Part shown: positions 24,363-38,630 of the stretch, piece by piece | Position numbering within the stretch: position 1 is the first letter of the stretch | Layout of the letters: the number at the start of each line of letters is the position of its first letter | NCBI GenBank assembly: GCA_976551045.1 | Contig: CDPCPM010000278.1 | Span: forward strand, 8,680,001-8,744,000 | Source: Glaucostegus cemiculus | Lineage: Eukaryota | DNA length: 64,000 nt | Direction: 5' to 3' | The notes under the pieces: generated by a model | Told to the model about the DNA's origin: nothing | Seen by the model: the letters and a program-made list of their open reading frames with translations, nothing else | Databases searched by the model: none | Position numbers and translations under genes: made by a program

Positions 24363-24479
24363 TTGACCTCCTTTAATATCCCAACCTCTAACCAAGCTTT
24401 TGATCATCTGTCCTACTGTCACATTACGTGGCTGATTTGGTTTAATAACACTTCTCATAGCATATGGGGCACAGCATAG

Positions 24480-24810
24480 ACAGGATGAATGCACTCAGTT
24501 GTTTTCCTCCCAGGGTTGGGAAATCTAGAATGAGAGGGCAAAGGCTTCAGGTGAGAGGGAAAGATTTAATAGGAATTTGAAGGGCAACTTTTTTCTTACA
24601 CTAAGGGTGGTACCTATATGGGAGTTGGAGGAAGTGGTTGAGGCAGGTTCAATAACAACTTTTAAAAGGCAGTTGGGCAGGTACATGAATAGGGAAGGGT
24701 TAGAAGGATATGGATCAAATGCAGGCAAATAGGACTAGCTTGGTTGGGCATCTTGCTCAGCATGGACCAGTTGGACCAAAGGGCCTGTTCTGTGCTGTAC
24801 AACTCTAAGA
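24480..24810 (+). mobile_element. CR1 LINE 3' fragment
   Basis: tctagaatgagagggcaaaggcttcaggtgagaggg...gaccaaagggcctgttctgtgctgtacaactcta, a typical CR1 3' end. Confidence 0.82.
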
Positions 24811-25324
24811 CGCGTGAACAATGCCTTGAAATGATTAATAATTTTTAAAAAAGTAAATAAGTTGTTTTGTTGCTTTAAATGACATGACAGTACAAATCAT
24901 CTTGGGAGAAAACATTGAACTGAGGTTTGGAATCTAACAAAAATTTCAGGTTTTATGACCACATACTTAAAAAGATTGGGGAGAACAGTAGCACTATAAT
25001 GACAATTATATCATCACTATTCCTCATTTCTAAGTGTGCAAAGGTTGCCTCTAATGCTTTCTCCAACTGTGAAGACAGATTTAGTATAGAATATTCTCAC
25101 ATCAAAGAATGTCTTAATCATTCAGGATCTCAGTTTGATGCCCAACTAAAAGACAGCAATTTGGCTGATACAGTGGTAGCTGAAATATTAGCTTAAACCG
25201 TCACAGTATGGGATAATAACCAATAACCTTCAGTACCCAAAGCTATAATGCTACCAACTGAGCCAAGATAATACAAAAACAAAACCAAAACCTTTAGCAA
25301 TGTGAAAAAAAGCAGCAGATTCAC

Positions 25325-25508
25325 CTTAGACATCCTGATGTGTTTTTGAAGACTGTTGTCCATTCAGCATCACGTGGCTTGGAATCCTCATTGGGTTCAT
25401 TCTCCCAGCCCGAATGAGGGATGATGACCTCATTTGTTAGAGTCTGAAGGCCGTGATTAATAATCACAATTTTCAGTGGTTCATAGGAAGACAAGTTCCA
25501 CAGTGTAC
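25325..25508 (-). CDS. ARVCF: ARVCF internal coding exon, 184 nt (GTLWNLSSYEPLK...FKNTSGCLR), phase 1/2
   Basis: Acceptor ttgtag|GTA, donor AAG|gtgaat. EPNEDSKPRDAEWTTVFKNTSGCLR matches ARVCF rather than CTNND1, CTNND2 or PKP4 (from recall). Confidence 0.96.
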
Positions 25509-28500
25509 CTACAACAAGAGTCAAAACATCTTATAACAGCATGAAGATAATTGTGTAGTATTTACATCTATGCAACAGCAAAGATATGCTAACGAATCAT
25601 GGAACAGTACAAGACAGAAAGATGCTATTCAGTTCACTGTGTCTGTGCAATTAATATGTAATTAGTCCCAGCCCCAGCACTAGACCCCTGCCCTTTCCCA
25701 GGAATCTTGGATGCAATCACGTAACCCATCTAAAATCCAAAGACTAAATCACAAAATCAAAATTCAAAGCTCAACGTGACTAAACTAGCTGTAAAAAATC
25801 CATGATCGCTTTCAGAACTTTTTACTTTAGTGTTCATTCACTGGTTACCATTGCCACACTTCCTCTCAAAGGGACCCTCAGTGATCTGCTGTTCACAAAT
25901 CTTTTTACATTTAATGGTGAAGTGACTCATGTAAAATACAAGACCGGTTATCTGCCCTAGTTTGAGCATCATCTAGACTGACAGATATCCACAAGCCCAA
26001 GGATCACATCTCCAATATTTAAAATGCAAACATGTCATTTTATTCTACTTAGAACATGGCGAGAAGAATAAATTGATGATTCAGATTTCAAGGAGCAAGT
26101 TTAGAATAGGTAGCAGGAGGTAATTCTTCATTTGCTTGTTGATCAATAGGCTAAAAAGGATGTGAAAATGGATTGTTAAGACCAGAACTGCATATTTGTA
26201 TTATATATTTAAGGGAATGAAGGAATATGGAGTTAGTGCAGAAAAATGTAAGGGTTTAAAATCAAGTGCTGACGCTACAAGACATATTACACTGTACCTA
26301 CTGCAACTGTGACAAAAGTTTGCTAAAATAGATCACCTATTAAACTCAATCAGAATAAAAGTTAATGACTGGAAAAAGCAATATATATTAAGTTTGGAAT
26401 ACACATACACAAAACTAGCTATTGGCAACTTTTGGCTTCTGTGGCATGAAATAGTAATTATCTATCTGGAATGGAAGAAATCCAAAATGGATACAGCTGA
26501 TAAATTAATTTGTACAAGATACAGTAGCACAAGCACTGTACCAATATCATCAGAACCTGTCTGTCTAGGAGATAAGATTCTTTTTTTCCCTGAATCAAGC
26601 ACACTTCCAAACAAGATTTCCAGTTATAGTGCTGTATCTATGATCACTCACTTTGTATTCAGAAGCTTATAGGCTCATGCATATTAAACTTATGTAAAGG
26701 GCCAACAAAAGAAAGTTTGAAACTGCCAGAAGGAACAAGTTTGGGACGTGATTCTATTCAATGACGCTCTATTGCTATTTTCCATTCATCACCACAAATG
26801 GCAAAAATTACCAAATTCAGGTTTAATATGTTGCCAGGTAAAACTCAGAATTAAAACCCTGTCTCTGGATCTCACCATTGACATCCCACAACAGAAAAAT
26901 TCCCTTTATTCCACCTATTGCCTTCCTCCACCTTCTATGCCATCCAGACAAACTTGTTTTATCTATCTTTTGGTCTGATCAAGTCATCTGAAACATTAAT
27001 TGTTTCTCTTACCACAGATACCGCCCAACCTTCCAGCATTTTGTTTTTATCCCACATCAATTCTCAGCCTTACAAATTAGTTTCAAACAAAACCCGGTCT
27101 CAGCTTCTGCACACAAGTCCAGTCCATGATCAAAACTATTTTCCCTTTTAAAACATTAACTTCATCCATCTCAATTTTGCACCCACCCCTGCTAAAATCT
27201 GTCTATCACTCTGTGATGCTCAATTCCTCAGATGGTTTTATTACTGGTCTGTCTTCACCTCCCACAAAACAGACCTCTATAGAACATCAAATTCTCTTTT
27301 CAGAAATTCCCTTTCATTCTTGGTTTCACCATGCTCCAGAACCTTGTATCATAGCACACTGATCAAGATCCTTATTTTCAAAGCTATTAACAACTACATC
27401 CCACCTAACTCGATGACCCCTCCAGCTGGATCCTTACCAGCGTTGTGTGGTCCCGTAATTTACCACACACTTCCTTCACTACCAACTTGAAGTCCCTTCC
27501 TAATCCCTAATCCTTTTATCTCCAAATTCCAAAGCCTTCTAAAAACTTATCCTTCTGGACTTTGCTTCTGCTATGACTGACAAATTCAGCTTTTTTCAAG
27601 ATACCCACATGCAAGCCTCTCACCCCAAGACTTCACAAATCCAATATTCTCCTAACCAGCTTTGTGACATCGAGACACATCCAAAACTGCTGCTCTTCCC
27701 ATTCAACTCGTGCCTCTACTTGCTGGCCTCTGATTAAACAATTAACACAATTTAAAAATTCTCACCCATTAAAGTCCCTCAACAGCTTACTTGCTTTCCC
27801 CCATCTCCAACCATTGAATTCTCCAGGATAACAGCACACATCCCATTCATTCAAATGAAAACACCCTTAGCTCCACAACTCTCAATTTTCTGCTTCAAGA
27901 CATGCCTTAAAATATCATTCTGGCCACTTGGTCATCTACCTGAACACTGCATGGTTTGGTGTCATTTTCTGTTTGAAAATCCTCCTGTGAAATACTCTGG
28001 GACATTTTGCCACAAAGATACATACCCCAAGAACAATTCTCAGCTTTGACCTCAAATACTCCAACACAATGTTTGCATGAAACTTATTTTGCAGACACAA
28101 GACAAACCAAAATTTTTCTTTCTAGAAGTGAAAACAGATCCAAAGAAAAGTTTTGAAAGCTTTTGTACAATTTACAAACCCAATAAATTAGATGTAGAGG
28201 ATTGAAGGGCCTTGCTTCTGTGTTTCATGACTCAAAATAGCACTCAGCAGAAATGCTCATTATAAAAAGCATCACACAAGAAATGAGCAGGTAGGCAAAT
28301 AGTACAGTAGGAAAAAGGACAAGGAAGGAAGATTATACTCAACTTATAGATCCAAAATTATCAAGGAGTGGTATCCTGCAGCATATCACTCAATAACCAC
28401 ACCCACAGACAATTTCCGCCTTCAAAAGTACTTATGTTTCTCATTTGTAAGCAGCATCTTAAAAAGTGTTGGAAATGATTCATCAAAATGACATTTGAAG

Positions 28501-30102
28501 ACAACTAGTCTATTTCAGCCACAATGCAGCATTAATTTATTTATTGTGGGGAAACTGCATGGATATGAGGAAGGATATAATTAAAAACTTTGATATTTTT
28601 GTCCTTTAAAGGACAAATTCTTCCACAAATCTAAAAAAAACTTGGTAAACCATTTTATGAAATTGCCTAAAAATTTCCATCAGCCACAAGGGCAGAATAA
28701 AAAAACAAGCATCAGGTCTTGCCAAACAGCAATATACCAGTTTCAGGACAGGACAAGATGGTTGTGGATTACAGCAATACCAAATTCAAACAGTAAATCC
28801 ATAATAATCCTTGGGTTGTGCAATTCCGCAAAGGGAAAGTAATCACTATTTTGAGAGATTAAGCACAGCATCACTCATCTTCTAATATGCCATGCTTGAA
28901 AGTTTTCACTTCAAAGTCAAGGATGCAATTCTTAATACTAATAAATGAGCCACACCCAGGAGGTATCTGGCAAGTCACTGAGGTCTTGGGCATTTCATGC
29001 CACTGAAACCTTGTCCTGGAACACCCCAGCCTTCAGAGGGCAGCTTGGGGTGGAGACTCAGCACCAGTCAAAACAGTTGAGCCTTTGTAAGAACTTTCAA
29101 ATATCTGATCGTAAGAAAATGTAAAACTATTAATGCTGCTTTATGTATTTAAAAATGAACAATAATAATGAAACAAAAATAAATCAAAAGCATTGAATCC
29201 AAGACAAGCTTTTCCAATCTAATATAGAGAGTTGGGAATCTTAAGTGAAATCAATAAGCTTGCCTTTCCTACTCCAGGATTGTTTTGCATCAACAGATTC
29301 CTCAACTAAATGCTGGAAAAGGCAGCCAAGGATCAGTGACAGATGCACTGCCATCTGTAACCCTGTAGGGTTACTTTTGAGTGATTAAACACCAGTAGAT
29401 CCCTTCAGAACCACCAACTATGGTGAACTCAATTCAGCCCATCCTGGTGGGGTTCTGCGGGTGTGACACCAGCCTGACTGACTACACGAGAGCATGAAAT
29501 ACAATTTCACGAAGTAGAAATAAACAATAGATTTTACCATCAGCTCCTAAAAACTCAAATGCACATCACTGATTTCTATTATGTGAAAGATCTATTTGAA
29601 TTTACTTTTAAGTCATTCATCAACCTCACTACAATAAAGCGGATCAGCCTAATAAGGATTATATAAAGACCACCTAAACTGTTTTGCTGAACTATGAGTT
29701 GAGAGACCTTGCAACATTCAAGCAAAGTGCAATATTTGAGCTTTTAAAAAATTAACAAATTTACCCTCAATTTATGCTTTGCTGAATACTTTGATATAAA
29801 AGTTTAAAAAAAAAAGAGAAATGAAAAGTCCGAGTGCCCTTAACCAGTGGACTAAGACTTCTTTAGAAGATCGTTCAATTACTTTTCCTTGGTTCTGATG
29901 GCATTATTCACATAAAGGGGTTGCCAAACATTACTTCAAATCTGTGTAGTAAACATTTGCTAGCCACACTTGTGAAGAGGGTGGAGCCTGCTATAGCAGT
30001 AAGATTTTCCTTTGCCAGTGGCTGCAACATTATGGATGTGCTTTCTGATCTTGCACCCAAATCTTCTAATTTTGGGCTGTTGATTCAAAGCAGCAACAAA
30101 GG

Positions 30103-30240
30103 ATACACAACGGACTGCAGATGCTGGAATCTGGATCAACAAAATCTGCTGGAGGAATTGATGCAGGGTTTTGACCCGAAATGTCGACAATTCTTTTCCT
30201 CCCACAGCTGCTGCTCGATCCTCCAGCAGATTGATTGTTG
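30103..30240. mobile_element. Internally deleted copy of the fold-back short element
   Basis: gactgcagatgctggaatctgga...aatctgctggagga at left and tcctccagcagattg at right, homologous to 1100-1330. Confidence 0.78.
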
Positions 30241-32394
30241 TTGGAGCAAAGGAGGATGGAAGCATGGTTGAAATTGCTACTTCTCATTCAAGATATTACA
30301 CCAGATCATTTCCATGTTCAAAATGGATCTTAAATGTTAATCCTTTGAAAAAGAAGCTCAATACATGAGCTAATTAGTTACCAGTGAAATATAACCAATT
30401 TTTTTCCAGATGCACGTTCCCTCACAAGACAACTTGACAATTAGGATTTTTATTGAATTTGCATTGCAACATAAAAGGAATTTTCTACATACAATCCTTT
30501 GTAATTTGAATGGCAAACTAGAACATCACTGCCTCAGTTCTATGCATACCCTTTCTGCTAACTACACCAGAAAAGAGCATCATCTGCAAAGAAATCTACA
30601 AAAACACTGTGCCTGAATTGATTCCAATATAACTTGAAAATAGATATCATTGCAAACACCAAATTAGCTGCATTAATTGAAATAAACAGATGGAACCTGG
30701 CTGTAAATATCTCTTGCCTATCCACAGCCTCAAGTACTGTATGTAAAATTACACTGTACAGTTAGTGTTGGCAAAGATGGCAATCATTTTGCATACTAGG
30801 TTCCTAATAAGCACACCAAGTGAGAAAACCAATGTACAGAATGGCCGGCATGTTTGATTCACCTGTTTAATTGTTGGGTAGAAGTAAAAGGCCAATTCAT
30901 GAGGGAAAAAGACGGCTAAGAACATTTCAGTACTCAATTAAGAATCAGTTTGTTATCACACGTCCATGATTGTACTGAAGTGTACAACCCTCAGAGGGGT
31001 CCAGAGGTTTTACTACTACTGAAAGACTTCACAAAAATGAAAAAAAATACTCCATTTCCAAACTACAAGCTATACCCAAAACCACTCAAGAGATCACCAG
31101 CTTAGTGACTGCCTGTATAGCTTAGTACAGCCTGTGACATGATTAAAGAGTGCTCATATTTTAATCAGGTGCAAACACGGCAATTTCATTCCAACAGGTA
31201 GGGAACATGCTCTAGGGCAAAAGTTACCAACACAATGTTAGAAGAATTATTGTTAAATTATTGTGCATTTGATTGACATTTTCTCAGTTATTAATTTCAG
31301 ACAAGAATAAAATTAGGGAAGTTAAAATAGTTAAGATTATACTTCTCAATTTCAAAGTGAATTTTTAATGTAACACTATGCACTTAAGGACACAAGAGTG
31401 TAGTAGTATGGATTCAGATGGCCCACCTCCAGTCATTTGTAGCCAACAATACTGCTCTTTAGAATCCTAACTAATAACCTTTATTCACTTTCCATGTTAA
31501 ATGTTAAAAATCCTGATGCCTAAAGAAATAGAATTTCAATTATATTGTCAACTGTAACCTTAACTAAGGCACTGTAAGGTAGTTTTCTAATCGTTTGAGG
31601 ATTCTCAAATCTTTATGCATGTCATATTAATTAAAAAACATCTGATGTTATGAATACAGCTGTGCAATATTCATCACATCTTTGGAGACTTGGCCAAATG
31701 GAGGAAAAAAAAGTGTCATAAATATACTCCAACCAGCTTTTCTACATGCTCTAATTGCATGCCGTCAGTCTCAGTAAAGCAACTCAAATAGGATCCCAAC
31801 AACAAAAAGAAATGGACAATAGAAAATCTGCCTGTGCTGTTGATGCAAAATACGAAACATCTGACACAGTTACTGCTGTGGAAATTTTGAAATCAGAAAT
31901 TAATACAAGACAGAAACGTAACAGCAATGAGAGAATAACATGTTCATTCAAGGAAAAGACTGAAAAATATTTCAATGCCAATATCTTCCCTCATTCTTTT
32001 TCTCTCCCTCAATTTAATCAACGTCACCAGTAATCGCTCCCTATGCGGTCAGGAAAAAGTGACTTCAGGTCGCAGCCTTGTGAAGACTTGGCTTTTCATA
32101 TCTGCCAGCTGGCAAAAAGCCACACAGCCAGCAAATGCTCAGCATTAACAATAAACTGTATCCTTTCCAACCTTGAACAAGGACTCCTAAAATTCACCAC
32201 CAGCTGGGAACTGCTAAGTGTTTGCTTGGCAAAGCATTTAAAGAAACTACCATTTGGGAATGGCATACAAGGCCAAAGCTACAGGCTGTTGTCAGTCAAA
32301 TCTATAGACCCAGCTGGTGCTACACAAGTTCAACCTTTTGAGCGCAGTGATTAATCTCATTTAATTTTCCAAGATGAATGGTTACTCTACTCAC

Positions 32395-32894
32395 CTGTAA
32401 TTAGTTCTCTAACTTCCATGTCATTGGTCTTCCTCAGCAAACGAACCAGGGCAGGAATTCCATCACAATTCTTGATTGCCACTTTGCTATCATGATCTTT
32501 GCCATAAGAGATATTTCTCAAAGCACCACAGGCCCGACGATGGACATCTGGTTTTGGGTGATCCAGAAGTCCTACCAAAATAGGTATGCCCTTCAGCTGC
32601 CTTACTTCCTTTTTTATTTTGTCATTTTCATAACACAGATGCTGCAGGTAGGCTGCAGCATTCGATTTAACAGGGTCAAGGTGATGGCTGAGCATTGCAA
32701 TAACCTCTGGAAGATCAGGATCACGCCACCTGGGATCTTTCCGGATACTGTCTATCGATGGCGAGCGCCTACCGAGTCGGTCGAGGCTGGCCATGCTTCC
32801 CCTTTCTGGCTGAGCGAGAGGTGCATTGTACACTCCAGTCAAGTACGGCATCCGATCCTCAATGATTTCTGCTTCAATCGGATCTTCATAGCCT
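32395..32894 (-). CDS. ARVCF: ARVCF internal coding exon, 500 nt (GYEDPIE...VRELIT), first armadillo repeats, phase 2/1
   Basis: Acceptor tttcag|AGG, donor CAG|gtgagt. Peptides [39 protein letters not shown] and [11 protein letters not shown]. Confidence 0.96.
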
Positions 32895-35264
32895 CTGAAA
32901 TAGAATCAGAATTATGAAATCCCATTGTGCAAAGACAGTCTTTCTACCAGCCTTAAATGAAAAGCAGTAGTTCATTTTGCAATAATTAACAGATGAACAA
33001 CAATAGACTCGAATACTATTTACAAAATTACAGTATTAAGACCATGCTTCCTCATCTCGTAACTAGGTTTGCCAAAATATGCATTTTGTTTCCTTAAAAA
33101 TTTGTACAACACTCCACGACAGTGAGAGATTAACTGGTTGAAGGATGAGTATAGACCGCGTGCTCTATGGCAAGGCTAACAAGGAGAAGTAGGATTTGAA
33201 TTAAACTCACTCTACTCATTCTCAGTGAAGAATTTTAACTCCACCTCAGAATAACTTTTGAGCACATGGAATTTATGCTACTTTTAATCTGGACCAGTCA
33301 AGTGCAGCCCCCTCATTAAACTCTAAAAGGCAAGATTGAGATTACAGGATAACACTATTCTACAGACTTCTATGCAGGGTTCTCAATTCTTAATAAACAG
33401 AGGCTAGAAATGTAGATTTAAACTAGTAATATTTAGAATCATTGAAATGAAATAGTTAAACTTCAACTGTTAAATATCAGAATTAATCCAGAAGGTTTAG
33501 TTTCTGCCTAGAAGGGCTAAGCTAAATTCAATATCTCTTCTTTGCTGAAGGCCAAGCTCAAAAGACTGAGTGCCTACTAGTGACTCTAGACACGTCCATC
33601 GTAGAAAATCACCAACAATGCAGCATTGATTTAGAAACTAGGCAGCGGACAGCTGCCGCTGAAAGAGACAGGTGTAGTTCTGGTACGAGGAATTTAAGTC
33701 AAAATAATTCAATTGAACTTGGCTTCATTTGAGGCTGTAGCTTGGGAACATTACAAACTAGAATCGTCACTTTTTCAGAACCTGGTGTGTATCAATTTAT
33801 AAATTTGGTCCAACAAAACACTAAATACAAAGGCATATATTAAAAACAATATAAGAGCAGAGCTGAATACTTGTTTGTTTTCAATTCCTGCTTAAACCAT
33901 ACATGCAAAAAATACAATGTTTATATCAATCTTCCCTTGTCTTGGCATTTGAGCTGTTATTAAATTCAAGCAACGTAACAAAGATTCTTGATAAACAGAG
34001 TCAGCAACTTGCAGAGTAACACTCAGTGTCAGTTTTCAAGGGCACATGCAGTTGTCCAATTAATAATCCAAGGCACAGATCCCCTTCACACCCCACCCAC
34101 ACTGAGAATTGCTGAACAAAGATCTTCAAATGCCAAAATTAGCTGACTAGTATCTACTTAATTGTATCACTTTTAATTCTTAAACCAAGATTATCAAAAA
34201 AAACCTCCCAAGAGCAAGAGCACAGGCATTCTGCTATTCTAACTGCACCAGAAGTGAATCCAAGGCCATTCTCCGTCCAAGCTGTCAAATTTAGCTCCAA
34301 TGGAAAAAGGCGTTTTCTTGTGACGTCTCTTGCATCCGTATCCCTCACACACTACTATTACTCTCATTCAAATGGCGAGTTTGTCACAGCACAATGAACA
34401 TCATTTTGTTTCACTCAAAGTGTGCTTTTTTACATGTGTTTCAACAATGATCACCGTGGCCAACAAACATCAGGATCATTCAAGTCAACAGACATCGTGC
34501 ACGCTGAACAGAATGACCCTCCGATGCACTGACTTAACCATCGATTATCTGAGTGAACACTGATGAAAAGTCAGAAGTTAAAATTTACTGTGGCCAGGGA
34601 ATGCAGGGGGCCATGGGGGGGGGGGGGGGCGCGCGGTGGGAAATGTTCAGGTAAAGCAACAGTGAGCAATGGCCAAAGAAATGTAGATAGATGGGGTACA
34701 TATTATAAGGCAGAGGTCTTAGACCTCATGTTTAGATTTTTAATACCACAAGGGAATGCATGTAAAAACCAAGAGATAATCACGTTATTAATATGACTTC
34801 AACTGGATGTGACAAACGTTGAAAGTGAATTACAAAGACAGATTTCAATGGGGTGGGCCAGCCTGCTGAGACCCTCTTGCCACCTCACCTGCACCAACAA
34901 GGAGCGATCAAGCACCTCAAACAGTGTGGTAAGGCAGCCTCACGCAAACACCTTTGCCAGAGTTTGATAACCAGCAAAGCTGACTTATCAAACTGACTAC
35001 AAAATTCAGTTTTTAATTTCTATTTAAAATCTATCATAAGCGAAATTTAAAAAAATAAGGGCGATTAAAAATACAAAAGAATTTTTTTTTAAAAAGAGAG
35101 GAAAACTGAAGTCATTGCATTTCATTTTGACTAAATATTTACCCTGCAATCCTCAGTGAACTCGATTAGAGGTGGTGCCCTATGTGATACTGGGGAATGC
35201 CAGTATGACAAGGCTGTCACTGGAATTCCCATGCTATCTTCTGAACAAATTAATCCCAGACAGT

Positions 35265-35502
35265 ATCAGAATCAGGTTTATTATCACTGACATACGTCGT
35301 GAAATTTGTTGTTATGTGGCAGCAGTACCGTGCAAGACAGACATAAAAATCACTACAAGTTACAAAAATAAATAAATAGTACAAAAGAGGAATAACAAGG
35401 TAATGTTCATGGACTGCTCAGAAATCTGATGGTGGGGAAGAAGCTGTTCCTGAATCATTGAGTGTGGGTCTTCAGGTTCCTGTACCTCCTCCCCGATGGG
35501 AG
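35265..35502 (-). mobile_element. Rex1/Babar-like LINE 3' end (same family as 20034)
   Basis: atcagaatcaggtttattatcactgac...gtgtgggtcttcaggttcct..acctcctcccc.atgg is closely similar to 20035-20250. Confidence 0.88.
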
Positions 35503-35824
35503 TACTCTGAAGTCCACAATGGCGGGGAAGGTTGTACTCGTGATGGACCTGGCTGACTTCCACGTTTCACAGCACATGCACAGAAGGCAGGGCTGAACAC
35601 TGACTGCTCTGCTCAAAACTGTCACTAACAATGAGAACAATTTGGCCTGTAACAATCCCAGATAAGGCCTCTAGCACCTACAACCAATGCGCTGCTATTC
35701 AAATAGTTCTGCAAACACGTGGATCAGGTGGTTTAAATGTTGGTGGTCATAACTCTTGCAGAAACTGATAATGTTCCCAATAACCTTTGTCTAGCTGGCG
35801 AATTAATATCATTTTTTTTTGGGA

Positions 35825-36555
35825 CAGTCAGTGAAACTAACGAGCTGATTGCTGACCTCAGGAAGGGGAAGGAGGGCAAACATGCACCAATCTACATAGA
35901 GGATTGGCGGTGGAGTCAGCAGCTTCAAATTCCAGGGTGTTAACATAGCAGATGACCCATTCTGGGCTCAGCACAAGGAAGGCATACCGGCATCTTTACT
36001 TTCTTGGGAGGTTCAGCTTGTCACTGAATACTAAGAAACTTCTACAGATATACTGTTGGAAGTATCCTGACTGGTTGCATCGTGGTCTGGTACTGCATTT
36101 CAAATGATCAGAAATGCAAGCTGCAGAGTAGTAGATTGGGCCCAACACATCATGGGCACATCCCTCCCTAGCACCATTGGTAAATACAGGAGGTGCTGCC
36201 TCAAGGCAACATCCATTAATGATTCCCGCCACCCAGGCCGTGCCATCTTCTCGCAGCTCCCATCGGGCAGGAGGTACAGAAGCCTGAAGTCCCACACCAC
36301 CAGGTTCAGGAACAGCTACTTGCCTTCAACCATTCAGTTCTTGAACCAACCAGCACAACCCTAATCACTACCTCAGTATAGCAACACTATGACCACTTTG
36401 AACTGAAATAGACTTTTTTTCTAATTGTATTCTTTCTTGTAAAGAGTGTGTTTAATGTATGGTTTTCTTGTGAATGCTGCTTATATGATGCTATGTGCCT
36501 GTGGTGCTGCTGCAAATAAGTTTTTCACTGCATTTGACAACAAAGTTAACTGATT
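35825..36555 (+). mobile_element. Rex1/Babar-like LINE 3' fragment, decayed
   Basis: Peptides ETNELIADLRKG and QLPSGRRYRSLKSHTTRFRNSYLPSTI, homologous to the element at 20034. Confidence 0.85.
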
Positions 36556-38280
36556 TCAGAAACCCAAGACAACAGCCTGAATATTTTGGCACTGTGGAGA
36601 GAGGAAAAGTGCTGAATGATATCCTTCAACTGGAGGAGTTTGTCTCAAATGAGGCCAAATTATACTGATTATACAAATTATACAATTCTTGAGAAACACA
36701 CCAGCATTCAGATGGTTCCAGATGAACAAGTCCCTAGCATTACATTGGGAATTTATCCTGGTCCCACGCCAGTCAGACCAGTCATCGGAATGGTGAGCCC
36801 ATTCATTTTAAAATTCATGGTACACCTTGCCCTATACATTAAAAATATTGCTTTTTCCCATTTAATGTTAAAAATAGTTAAATTCATTTTTTCATTACTG
36901 AAAGCAATCTGAAAAAGTTTTATAAATGCCTAACAAATTTCTAATATGTCTGACAGGCAAGGTCTTGATAGCTTTGATGAATGTTGCTTCTTTAGCTCCA
37001 GCCCCATTACCTGTAAAAGATGTCAGTTCATTTGGGGGCAGAGACTCAACCGGACAACAACCTTTGCTGCCCACCTTGAAAATTCAGGCCAACTACTCCA
37101 CATCCAGCTCAACTAAGTGCAGCAGGAGGGCAGGGACTGAGACAAGCAAGAGCTAGCCCTATAAAATGAAACTAAATGAATCTATTCAACTTTGGAATGG
37201 TGAGCACGAACATTATAAGATTAACCTTCTCAAGTTAAAAAAAGTAGAAGCAAACTACTACAGGGATGTATATATAAAACAAAAATGTTTGAAATAGTGG
37301 AGTGGGTCAATGATCCTCAATGATGCCACATCAGATGATGCCTGACATTTCCTTTCCTTTATGGGTTGTGGCCACACTGGAAAGGTCAACATTCATTACC
37401 CATCCTAAACTTCCCCTTTTCAAATGTTGTCGTGCTTATCCTGTAGTGCCCCTAGGTAGACAGGACAGCACAATTAAACAGCCTTATCCCCATTTAGCTG
37501 TCTCTTCCTCCAGAGCTGAGCTGCCATCAGAAAATCTAATTGGTGGATTTTGTTTTTGGCCATATAATAGCATGAATGGGATAATTTAATGTAAATCATG
37601 TGCCAAAGCTGAAAAAAAAGAACGATCGGCAGTCATTGCTCCAGACCTCTGAATAGGTGCTTGGACAGGAAAAGACATTATGGGGGAGGCAGGGGGTGGA
37701 ATATTTGTTAAACAAATCACCATTTCTGGGAATAAGCTAAATACGACAGTACTGTTCAGCTGACTTCCCCAAACCATCTACTTTGAGATTTTAAACCTAT
37801 TTGGATCTGCCAACAGTTACTGACACTCAAAGTTACAATGGCCAAACAAAAAAAACCTTTAAATGTTAAAACTGCTAATGCAAGCAACTCTGGCTACAAC
37901 TGACAGCACACTGAAATAACTGCACTTATTAAAAAGTTCTAAAGCTACAGATCTTGTTAATCAAATTTGCTGCTGTGAAGAATGATGTGCAATGGCTTTT
38001 AGTTAAATCTTCCTGTTTTTAAGCATCAAATCATCACATCCCTTTTGTGCTCGATCCACCCAAACAAGACATCCTGAACCATTGCTAAAGAAAAAAAACC
38101 TCATCACAGGCGATGAACTTGCAGCAACTGTTGTTTTGAAATAATCTACAACTTCCATGGAAACACGGAATCTTGCACTGGTTTCAGATCTGGTGGTTCT
38201 TTTTAAAATGGTTATGCCTTTGGCAGTATCCTACATACTATCTGTGGCTGAGCAAGTTACTTTGCACAGCAGGGGCAAAA

Positions 38281-38630
38281 AGGAAAGAACTTGCATTTAT
38301 TTAGTACATTTCACGCGTCCAAGTTTAACTTGACAAGCAATTCACACATAAAGGTCCCACAACAGAAACTTCAGAAAAAAAATTAGTCATTGTCACAAAG
38401 AGTGAATTGAAACACTCCCTTTCTGCTCCTCAGAAAATGCAACAGGATCTTCCATCTTCACTGAGAAAATAAGCAGTGTGTTTCTTTTCTGTTTCACCTA
38501 CTCCTAATATACCATTCCCTCAGTACGGCTGTCAAGTACCAGCCCGGATTGTGTGTTCAAGTTCTGGCTTTCATTTTGAATCCACTACCTTCAACTTGGA
38601 AGTTATTACTGGGCTGTGACTGATGCTAGT
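38281..38630 (-). mobile_element. Ancient tRNA-derived SINE remnant (DeuSINE-like); similar remnants near 25050-25270 and 51820-52180
   Basis: aacttgcatttat...ccctcagtac...ggattgtgtgttcaag...tgaatccactaccttc pattern recognised from memory. Heavily diverged. Confidence 0.45.

Noticed and set aside
32492-32917. 141-aa plus-strand ORF, and similar ORFs at 39917-40327, 8303-8572, 5690-6019 and 4281-4514
   Set aside because: Antisense shadows of real ARVCF exons with no recognisable protein features.
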